From assembly GCA_004431415.1 (NCBI GenBank), contig QPMI01000423.1, positions 1 through 64,000 on the forward strand: a stretch of DNA of 64,000 bases, given 5' to 3'. The translations under genes and the position numbers were made by a program. The notes below the pieces were generated by a model. It was not told the origin of the DNA and did no database searches. It saw only the letters and a list, made by a program, of their open reading frames with translations. This document shows positions 1-10,571 of this stretch, piece after piece (within the stretch, counting starts at the first letter, position 1; each line of letters begins with the position of its first letter). Source of the stretch: Cyanophora paradoxa CCMP329 (taxonomy: Eukaryota; Plantae; Glaucophyta).

Positions 1-419
1 TAAACATAAGGTTCGTTACATTTCATCGTCGCCTAATGGCATTTGATCCAATCTATACATCGGATAAGGGGAGTCAGCGCGCAAATGACCTCTCTACAAA
101 TTCAGGACATGATCGCCTTCTAATATGCTCTACATGCACGTCCTCTATCTGAGCGGTTTCGATATTAGAACTCATAGCCGCGGGCACAGGCGAGGGCGAT
201 CGAGATCGTGGGTGGTTTGTGATTGTCGCTGTGGTTAGAATATACAGAAAGGCGCCTACCTCCATTCTCGTCGTCAGAAATATTAACCTCTACGTTGTGT
301 CACAGCAAGACTGTGGCAATTAGTGACGAATGAAGCTGAAACATTTCAATGCATTGTGTGATGAAATTCATCGCATCCTACAAGACGCAACGTATTAAAT
401 ATCGGAGAAAATAAAAGGG

Positions 420-1200
420 AATGAGGGCTTTACTTGCTCGTGTTTCCCTTACGAATTGGTCGACTTATAATGCTGTTTATGGAGCCACCTGTCCCTATTG
501 CAAGGGAGTCCACATAAGACCCGCTCTAAATACGGGCGGGTTCAGCTTTGCCTTGCGGATATTCACAGCCATTAGCGGATATGGCGTTTACCACAAGCAT
601 TGCGGCATAATTCACGGGTGCGGTCGGCACAATATGTGCTATTGCGGGGCAACGATTGCTGTCGAGTTACGGCTTGCGCATCTGTCTTTTCTCTTTTTAA
701 TCTCTCTACGTCGACTTTTTGCTTTAATCCGAGTTTGGAGATCTCTTTCTTCACGAGCCCTTTAATTTCTTGCGTTCGTTATAATCTTGATCCATTTCTC
801 GTAGTTAGAGACTTTCATTTCAAGGTCTCGCACTTCTCTTCGAAGCTCATGACAACGTCGACAGGAACCGTGTGTTTTTGATAGGATCCGCGCTTTTTGA
901 GCTCAGTTTCGGCGGCTTTCGGGACGTCTTGCGTTTTGTGCTGGCTTGCGACAATTGCGCTTTAATTACTTTGTCGGTTGCTTCATCAACAGAGCGCCTC
1001 AATCTGTGGTTTTACAGTAGCTAAATCGTCCATTTGGCGTTTACCGCTATCTTGGTTTCCCTTGTCGCGGTGGCACTCGCAATAATCGCCTCTTGCTTGG
1101 CGACCTCCTCTGGCGAAGTGTCTATAGATATTCGGGCATTTCGAGACGCCACCCGACGTTAACCAGACTCTTCAGTCCGCGATTAGGATTACAGAAGCGA
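420..1200 (-). pseudogene. Frameshifted basic/charged viral hypothetical protein
   Basis: Lys/Arg/Glu-rich minus-strand fragments (e.g. 572..754 KKEISKLGLKQKVDVERLKREK) in several frames; no recognisable motif; boundaries approximate. Confidence 0.3.
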
Positions 1201-1239
1201 CAGTTTGAATGGTTTGAGGCTTCTTTCGGTAGACCATGA

Positions 1240-2097
1240 TTATCTTCTCTTACATTTGATTAACATTTTCTTTTTCTTAGGCGAAATTTGCGAAAGTTTG
1301 GGGATACCTTCAAGCTCACGCTCAAATTTGGATAAAGTTCGACAGACAGTTGTCGAATCTTTGACAGGCGGCGGTTTTGTCGCTTGCTCCTCTTGTTGTT
1401 TGCGCTTCTTTTCTTCAAAAGCCGCCCGCTTGTGGAATTTAGTAAACGGATGGTCATCGATCATATCGGCTTTTTCGACCACCATCGCACAGAATACCCG
1501 TATTATCGTGAATGATCGCTTGGTAGCTATGACAGAATTCTTGGAACATGCGCTTAAAACTCTCTTTATCCATGTTCCCGAACTCTTCGTGATATGCTTC
1601 AAACTCTCGCATGTTTGACCAGCTTAGGAATATGATATACTCCGCATTGCTGCGAATGATCGTTGAAAGCTTTGTTAGTTTCTGCGATATTAAAGCGACG
1701 CTACAAAACGTATGACGACCTTGCGCCATCAATTTATTTAGCAAATGATCGCGCGAGAGATCAATAGTTCCCGATTCCAAACAATCGTCGAGCACGATGA
1801 GAATATTCTTTGGTTTCTTACCCGCAATGATAGCCTTTTTGCGGGCTTCTATGATCGACTCTACGTATTCGGTTTCCAGTGTCATGTACTTCGTCTGTTA
1901 TTTGACCCAGAAACCGTTAAACTCGTAGGACAGAAAACCAGAACATACGAGATTGGTCTTCGAGTTCTTTGATCAGCCACTTTAAGAATACCGATTTACC
2001 ACAATTGGTTTTCGCCAATAGGAGAAATCGTGCGGGAAGTTTCACCCTCTGTTTCGGGTTCCATCTTCGAGATCCATGGGCGTTGTCCCTTTTGCAT
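1240..2097 (-). CDS. A32-like (FtsK-HerA superfamily) viral DNA packaging ATPase, frameshifted in this assembly
   Basis: Walker A AKTNCGKS (ORF 1917..2147), then Walker B ILIVLDDC, GRH, ISQ and IRSN motifs (ORF 1454..1885), all typical of A32 ATPases. ATG at 2097; the C-terminal tail probably continues in the 1240..1602 frame. Confidence 0.9.
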
Positions 2098-2154
2098 TCT
2101 TTCACTATAAAAACAATAGAAAAATAAGACTGACTGTGTAATCGCACGAATTCC

Positions 2155-3457
2155 TTAGCTACTTACTCTGCGAATACCATCAGCTTCGATTATCATGATA
2201 TTATGAGCGAGGGCGATGCACTGAATTTGCATCTTCTGATAAGCGGCACCCGCATACCACTCCTCATTACCGACTCCACGGCTGTGACACCATTGAATTC
2301 GAAGACCAGATCGAACGCCGATGTGCCTGTGGCATCGATGTAGCCCGTGTTCTCTTGGTTGAGAAGCGACGCCTTTCCGTTTCAGCACCGAAGTAAATGC
2401 CAGTGAGAGCGGGGTAGCTTGTGCTCTCGGTAAAGATCGCCGAATTATATTTATCTTGAAGTTCGGTCGCGGCAATCATGAGAGGAGCGAAGTATTCGAG
2501 TAAAGGCGGTTATTGTTGAGTTCCACATAGAAGTTCACAGCGTTGGTTCGGAGTGCACGAGGAGCCAGAACCGAGAGAGTTCCGTTGTTCACCTTCGTCT
2601 TCGCGTTTTGGCGCACAGAGAATACGAGAGTGTGGATGAGACCCGCACCTGTGAGTTGCGAGAGATTGACTCGCGAACGGAGGCGGTCGCTGGAATCTGT
2701 GTGTAGGAAACCGATTTCGTTGTAGGGGATCGCGATACCAGTCGATTTAACACGGGCAATGGTCTCAGATACAACCGCCTCATCGGCATTTACGACCTTG
2801 CAGATAATGCGGGGTTTCAGCACTTGAAGGGAAGCACCACTGTTTACGACGAAATATTGCCAACATTGTTTACATCCTCAATGATACCATCACCAATCGC
2901 CTTGAATTCGATTTCGACCACGATCTCAGAGTTCAGAGCGCAAAGTGGGACATCGCCTTCTCGAAAGGAGAGGGTAAATCGATTTCGTAGGTTCCACCGA
3001 CAGTGTTACCAGCGGTTCCGACAAGACCACCACATAGCGAAGTTTCTTATCGAGTTCGCCTGTTCGGTCATCAGTAGAAAATACTGAGTGACGAAATCCT
3101 CTGGGACAACGTAGCGGAATGAAGCGTGAGAGATTTCGATGCGCTTAATCAGCGATCCAATAACGCGAAGGTAGCCAGTGGTTGCAGCAACCCCATTCGT
3201 AAGATCAGTGAGGGTGATTGGGTTAAGATCGAGTTGCAGCGCGAGACCATTCAGGAAATGGTAGCGGGGGATTTTGAAGACAACTCGGTTGCCGAGAGCG
3301 CTGGGTGGCTCAGTGTCGGGGCGACCAGAACTCGAAGTGGCTTAGTGCCAGAGGACGTTCCAATGACCAGCGACTTGTTTAGGAAATAATCCTTGTAGTC
3401 GTCGGTGGTGAGCATAGATTTCAGCGTTGGGCGCTGGAATTGGCTGTTAGTCTCCAT
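2155..3457 (-). CDS. Major capsid protein (double jelly-roll-like), frameshifted
   Basis: About 1.3 kb of stitched frames: METNSQF..., LGNRVVFKIPRYHFLNGLALQLDL, VPLCALNSEIVVEIEFK, LIHTLVFSVR, C-terminal IQCIALAHNIMII. These follow the motif pattern of PLV/NCLDV MCPs; the gene sits between the ATPase and a penton-like gene. Confidence 0.75.
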
Positions 3458-3503
3458 GAGCGTTTCTTCTCTTATCTTTGGGATCAGAAAATAATTTAAA
3501 GGC

Positions 3504-4427
3504 TTAGTAGAAATTCATTTCGGGCGGTGCGTCGTAGGTTTCGATCTCAAAAGTGAAATAATGCGCCCAAACCCCGAAATCTAAGAGAGCGCCATCATGG
3601 TCGATGAGTTTAATCGTCAAGCGGTCGAACGATTTTAATTCGCGGAATTCTCGAATGAGAGGCACCGTAGTGGACGTGTCGAAGTGGTAGATATCACCAT
3701 GTTCGAGTTCCTGTGGATTGGAATGCGCATGAAATAACCATCGACGTGCTTGTTGACTGAGCGAATAAACGGCGCAAATTCATCAATATATAGCCAGATC
3801 ATCGCCGCCGGGGTCTCATCTCCACGAGTATAGCCGCGAATGCGTCGATTGAGTGTCACAGTTCCGTCCCAGGATTAAACACAAGGAATGTATCGCTTGC
3901 AAAAGGGGTAAATGTCTCGTAAACATATAGCTGAATATCTTTGAAACCGAATATTGCGAGTTTCTTAGCGATTGCTTTGCGATTACTGGATTTTCTGAGT
4001 GTTTCAGGGAAGCTTTGGAGAACTTGAACCAAAAGTTACTATCACTGAAAAACTCATAGATCTTTGAAGTAGTATTATAGCGGCATTTAATATATTTTCC
4101 ACCGAAATCTGAAAGGCGAGCTGCTTCGAGTCTTTCTGTGACTTTTGCGGCAAGGTCGTCTTTGGTGTAAAATCCTTTGGGGATTGTGATGGTCACGAAT
4201 CCGGAATCCGAAGCTGTGACCGAGAAATAGAGTTCCATGCGCTCGATGGTTGCACCAGTGGCGTCTATATCGTTTGTCACGGTCGAAAGAACATTGGGAA
4301 CCGTTGCCTGCACCAGGCGCACCGATTTTACGTTGTCATAGCGACGGGGTAATGTCACTACATACTGGTTTGGCTGAGTAAACTCCTCATCGCGATCATC
4401 GCTCGAAAAGCTCAGGTATTCTTTCAT
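3504..4427 (-). CDS. Minor capsid protein (penton-like) 1, frameshifted
   Basis: N-terminus MKEYLSFSSDDRDEEFTQPNQYVVTLPRRYDNVKSVRLVQATVPN, internal IWLYIDEF, C-terminus FDRLTIKLIDHDGALLDFGVWAHYFTFEIE; this is the usual pattern of PLV/NCLDV minor capsid proteins. Confidence 0.8.
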
Positions 4428-4443
4428 CTTACTATAATAGATT

Positions 4444-5283
4444 ATGAAAAGAATAACAATAAATTGCGACAGTAGAGACCTTGAAAACGGCGTGCTGCAC
4501 TTGAAAACGCGCCTTAATAATGTAAGGCGATTTCGTGTGCTATCAGCTGAGATTCCCAATAGCTCTTATGTTGTTCCGCCCGATCAGACAATAACTATAA
4601 CGCTTTTGAACGAAGAGCCCACAGTAATCCCGCATCCAAAATGATAGCACCGATTCCCAGCGTAAACGATTATTATTACGTCGATGCTGATAACGAACGA
4701 TATCCGAAAGAGAGAGCTTTAAACAGTGATGCTTTACTCGGTTTTTCAGGCGGTTCTTTTAATCCTCTCGGTCTCTTCCCGGTTTCCTATTCTCTCGCTC
4801 TGTCTACGAACCGCTTCGTGTTCTCATCTCCGAATAGCCCTTTTACATTAGAGTCCTCAGACCAGGAGTTCTGTGACTGTCTCGCATAGAACCGGAGTGG
4901 TTTACGCCAGCACACCAGAACCAGTGCCGGTTCCACTCAGAGATTACCCCAGTCGCTACGCGATTATATGCCGAAAATGGTCGACTTTAATGCAATTCCA
5001 TATATTTACCTTGATATCGAAGAGCTCCGCCTTTTACCAAATTCGCAGCGGTTACTGGAGACAGAACAATTTCGACGACTCCTATCTTTTGCGAATTCAG
5101 ATGAACTCGGACTTTGGTAGATATTCCTTTTACCACGAACCGAGCGCAAGCATCCCTTTCGTAAATGTCACATCGCAACTCGATTTAGATCGTCTCACAA
5201 TATCGCTTCGAAAATGGCGGGGCTCTGTTGCAGATATAAACGGTCTCTCATACTCGTTTCAGCTGGAAGTGATCACCGACTAA
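4444..5283 (+). CDS. Minor capsid protein (penton-like) 2, frameshifted
   Basis: MKRITINCDSRDL...LNNVRRFRVLSAEIPNS, internal YIYLDIEEL, C-terminus LDRLTISLRKWRGSVADINGLSYSFQLEV; same motif order as penton 1. Confidence 0.78.
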
Positions 5284-6770
5284 ACATAGTAGCCCTCGAA
5301 ATCAATTCGGCATGCCGAAGCTACGTTCGTCGTGAGCACCCAGATTACGAGGGTTCTCACAGATCTCGGTTTGCTAAGAAATGTTCGTCGGGATCAGCAC
5401 TTCCGGCTATTTGATTTGCATTGGTAAACACTCTCGTCGCGCCGGCTTCTGTGTATGTTACAAGCGCCGAAACTCCCGGAGTTAATTGGTAATCGATCTC
5501 AAACGTTTTAATGTAGTTTCCATTCGCAGCCGGCTTCATTTTTATAGAGGAAAGCATAAACAGACGCGGAAAATCAATGCGTAAATAATTGCCTCCCGAC
5601 CTACTACCTTGCGGTGGGTTGGTAAATCCCACCCACCCGTAGCATTTGACCAGCGGGCATCAGAAGCTGTGCCAAATTCCGCAATAAAGGCGCTATTATC
5701 GAGCGGCACCCAGTTAGACTCCGGGGTGCGCTTACATCTGTGCACCCGGACAGATTAATTATGGGAACATCGCCCTCTGAGATATTCATCGTCAGCACTG
5801 AATACATCGCATTAAAATACGTTTGCTGTGCGGAAACAAACGCGAGCGCTTCCGTTTCTAAATATTGCAGGTGACTCGTTGTGATAGTATCGAGGGTCAT
5901 TTTATCTTTCGGTAAAGGAACGCTCAGCTTATAGTAGCGATCGTAATTCTGATCATCGTTTCTGGGTAAAAGTTCCAGTAGCTTTACGTGGGCGTTTAGA
6001 TCGCTCGACTCTAAGAACATGCTGAGAATTGGCGATCCTGTGGCGCTTAGCATCCATTGCACGATCCCCCAATTTTTCATAGTGTCGTACGAATATCCCG
6101 CGATTGCTTTATCGGCGTCTTGGACGTGACCCGCCGTAATCGAGACCACTATAAGCTCCTCCTCGCAAGAGTTTCCGAATAAAGTGCGGGCGAATGTGTA
6201 GCCACATACCCCGGGCGAATTATTTCCACTCATGCAACCATCAATTAAACAATATGTTCTTCCGGCGACTGTGACTTGTTTCGGTTCGAAATAGGTCGGA
6301 GCAGCCGAGGTAGCCCTTGCAGCATCGCGCACAAGCATCCCATTAATATCTTCATCGTTGCTTGAAATAAAAACGGGGGACATTTGAACCGTGTCGAACG
6401 CAGTCACGATGGTGGGTTTATAGAGATCCGCCATAGTCGCCGAGCCGCAGAGATCCAGAGCCACAGCTTCTAAGTTAGTGGCTTCGTACTTTGGGCGCTG
6501 TACAATCGATGTAAGCACTCGTGGATTCGCGAAAATCAGCGGTAGTTTCGCTTTGTAGAGCGCCAGAATATCAGTGGCAGTATATTTAGGGGCGCCATCG
6601 GTTCCCTTGATATTCAATAGGAGCGCGATTAATCCACCTGTGGATGTTCCCGCAAAGCAGTCGAATAGCTGTTGGATTCGTTTACCGGTTTGGGCTTCAA
6701 TCTGTGCCAGTATAGCAGCCTCGATTATTCCACGCGACCCTCCACCACTCAGACATAAAACGGTCTTCAT
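5280..6770 (-). CDS. Patatin-like phospholipase with C-terminal F5/8 type C (discoidin)-like domain; frameshifts in 3' part
   Basis: Oxyanion motif SGGGSRG, nucleophile GTSTG, ATSAAPTYF and a DG(C) catalytic Asp. Downstream frames give YLRIDF...LSSIKMK...YIKTFEIDY...TYTEAGATRVF and VRTLVIW...CRIDFEGYYV-stop at 5280. Confidence 0.85.
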
Positions 6771-6813
6771 TATCTTATATACTTCTTATATATCTTCTTT
6801 GTTTATAAAGAGG

Positions 6814-9800
6814 ATGTCGTTCCTGAATCCGCGACCAGACGCACGAGTTATTAATTCGACCACTCAGATAGAGGACACTGATCAGGTAAACACTGAAATT
6901 CGCGGTCTCTGAAAATAAACTTCAATGCAGACCGCGAAGATCCAGTCAGTGGAACACCGAGCAGACCGCAGCTTTGCAGTTAATGAACGTCGAGAAAGGG
7001 GATCATAAACTTGGAATCGACTTTTTACTTGATGATAACGAACGAAACAGAGTCGCCAGCATTCAGGCAACCCGCCAGCTACCGAAAACGGTGCGATATA
7101 ATCGTAGGAACATCCCGAAAGCATTCGATAGAGGTCGCTTAAACTTCTTCATTCAAGATGAGAGCGGTTTCCAAAATGCAGCTATGAGAATCGTGGATAA
7201 TAGCACACTTATAGCGGGAGTATCCACACGGAAAACAAAGGTAGAGGTCGTCCATGATCTCTCAGCAGGTAATCTAACGACGAGTAACATTACAGCAAGT
7301 AACATCACTACGGATACCCTAAATGTAAACTCGCTCAACTCCGAGTCGTTTTTCGCCACCAATGTCGCAACCTGTAACCTAAACATCGAATCCTTTGTGA
7401 TTCAGAAGAGCGAATCGGTTCCCCAGATAACAGAGGGTGTTTTCACATTAGACCCGCGAAACCGACCTTAGAAATTGTCGAAAATGGGAACGTTGTCGAT
7501 ATAATTGGCGCCAATGCTCCGAATGTGAGATCCTTAGCACTTGATAAAACGACTATATCATTTGCAGAAGAAATTCCGGCTTTTACCACAGAGAAACAGG
7601 CACTGAGAACAGACCATGTTCACATAACCAGAGACAATATAAACGATCTTTTAGGCAAGGACATCGTAAAGGCGTTTTTGGAGTTTGAAAGGAGCAAGAA
7701 CACCAAAGATTCCAGCCAGGATGGAACCCTCACGACCCACACAACCGAAATCGCGGCTTTGCAATCAGAAATTAATGCTCTGTTTGCAGCAGATGGAGCG
7801 CTTGCAATTACCTTAGCCCATATTCTGTCGAAAAGGAACATATACCCCGCGACTGACAACACATACCGAGTTGGTTTATCGAATCTGAGATGGTCAGAGG
7901 TGCATGGAGTTTCCATGTTTGCCTCCAATTTAATCCTTCCATTAAATCACTCACTCCGACCTAATCAGATTCTTACCAATGGTAATGCACTGATCAGCTA
8001 CACCGACTATAATAGTAACCTTTCCGCTCGGTTTCGCAAACTGAGACCTACACTGTCGAGGGATACCCTCAGCAGCTCGCAAATGGGGTCTATGTCGCTT
8101 ATGTAGGCAAACCTACATATACATTCACTTGGGATCAGTTGGGTGTCACAGGTTTCGAGACGAATATACCCACTGTTTCATTGGTGGATCACACTACTTA
8201 TTATAATCCTATCTATAACAATAATGAATCTAATAAAGCATTTATCCAAAATGTCACCTCCACAGGGTTTCAGGTTTCGTTTGTCATTAACGAGACATAC
8301 AATTTACTTATCATCCGAAACAACTTGTTGACTTCCGAAGCTACTATTAGTTTCACTCTTAACATCAATTATATCACCCCTGAATTCGATAGCAAACCCA
8401 AAGTAAAGGTTTACCGAGATTTACAAGGTAGCAATATCGTGCCCTTCTCACAGAATTTCGATCTTGGTGCGAATTCATTAAGGTGGAACACAGTTTATTC
8501 TTTGAGTGCAAACACCTGTAATATTGTAGTCGCAGGTTCATCGGCTACTATTGGAGATCTGACCGCCCCTTTTAGAAAGGAGTATCTTAAAGAACTGTAT
8601 ATTACAAAGTCTGATTTACCAGATGCTATTTCGTTGGTGCTCTCCCCGACTCCCAGCATCTCATACCACAATGTGAAAGACACAAGTAATGTAGTGCGGA
8701 GTGGAAGCAAAGTATTCCAGGCATCCGAGATATCAGCAACAACATATAGATACCTTGCAGCGGTTCCAGCGAATTTTAATTTCACATTTGAGACACCATT
8801 TGTTTCCCCTCCTACTATTGAAATAACTGACACGAATTTGTATGTGATCAATAATGGGTCGACCACCTCTATTAACAATGCACCAGCCGGCTACTCCCCA
8901 TTTGTTGCAACTAACATAACAACCACCGGCTTCACACTTGTCGGAAATGCAACAGTGACATATGCTCTTACAGCATATCCTGTTGGGTTGTATTTTGCGA
9001 AATTTAATCTTTCAGCGATCCCACCTGTGTCCCTTTCTCCTCCCTTTACTATCAATTGGAAGGCAACAGGAACAATACCTCGGTTTGACTCCGAAGATCG
9101 ATTAAAAATAAGGTATCCTCTCGATGTGACCGACCTCCATACTACGAGAATAAATGGGCAGAATTTCGTATTTAATGGAACCAATGCGACTCTGATCGAT
9201 AATCGAGTTACAAATAATTACTTTTTCGATTCTCGATACATTAATACTTGCAACATTGTCATACATAAAACGTTTGAGGATCGCAGTAAGACCTTAACAG
9301 TCACCTTGCCCACTCATTCGAATGTCTCAGATGGATTTTACTATTATCTATTAAATCGCTATTACACCTCTTATATTCCATATCCTTCTGAGACTGTCAG
9401 CATGAGCTATCCCAAAGTCACCCTAACATCAACCAATGCTGACTTCTTTGGATCCACAGACTTCATGAGAGACTTCTTTTATTTTACATCCTCCACAGAT
9501 GGTCTCTTAGTTTATTACTCTTACAGATATGAATCTATTGCTACCCAAATTGACAGTCACCCAAATACAGATGTCATCGAAGTGGGCGATAAGAAATATA
9601 TAAAAACCGCTTCCCCATGGGTTTGCACTGTCCGGCTCGATGACAGATACACTCCTAACCTAAATAACATTGGAATGCACTCGACATGCAATATTTATGT
9701 GCAAGGTGCGATTTCGGCTACCAAATATTTTGAGGGTGGAAATTGTGATACAGGACATAGGTTGCTATCGCGAAATGGACTCTTTGAGTCATTCAGTGGG

Positions 9801-10382
9801 ACGGCTCTACCGCCTTTTATCAGGGACACAGTCTATGATACCACATGCAATATTTGGGTGTGTCGATCTGTGAGCAATCCACCTGTGACACAGGAATTAT
9901 ACAAGTATCTCGCAGATACCTATGGTGCAATCTCAGGATCCTCCACAGGAAATCCAGCGACGGCTCCCATCGTGTTTGCAAATGCATACACAGCGCCGAC
10001 ATCATTAGCAGGGTCGACAGAGCCGCCACCAAACGATCCCAATCCGAACCAGCCTAACCCAGATCCCGATTCAAAAGATCCCCCTACAACTAATCCAGAT
10101 CCAAACACACCACCTAATAATCCCACGAATCCTACAAATCCAGTCGGGGCACCGGGAACAAATCCAGGAACGTTAGTGCTTATGATTCTCTTGCCGATTC
10201 TCGGTGCTCTTGGGCTTGTGCTTGCATACAAATTCCGAGCTTTATGTTGTGCTTGCATAGACAGAACCATTGCAGGAGCAGGTAATAAATACTCAACACC
10301 AGAGCTTAATGTGACCCAAACAGCCGAAGGAGATGTGGGCTTAGAGGTGAGATCAGCCGAGGGCATGGTCTTAGTGTTGTGA
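6814..10382 (+). CDS. Large fibre/spike-like protein with C-terminal transmembrane helix (5' third frameshifted; 8139..10382 intact)
   Basis: SNIT repeats; fibre-type motifs NIYPATDNTYRVGLSNLRW and NIVPFSQNFDLGANSLRW; lectin-like FTFETPFVSPPTIEI...TNITTTGFT; Pro/Asn/Asp linker; hydrophobic LVLMILLPILGALGLVLAY followed by KFRALCCAC. May be more than one gene. Confidence 0.6.
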
Positions 10383-10571
10383 GGACTGACCGACCACCAG
10401 CAAATAGGGCAGCACCCAAAAAATCACGAGCACAAGAATTGGCAGAGCAAACGATGAACAATGATAGAGACTTTATGGCGGAAATGGCACAGCGAGAAGG
10501 GAGAATATATGAACATGTTCCAAACGTTATGTAACAACCTTAATTTTTGTAGTATTCCATAATAGAGTATA

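Noticed and set aside
74-265. Short viral ORF at the window edge as a possible integrase or replication gene start
   Set aside because: No diagnostic motif; probably frameshifted and running off the window, so it cannot be assigned.
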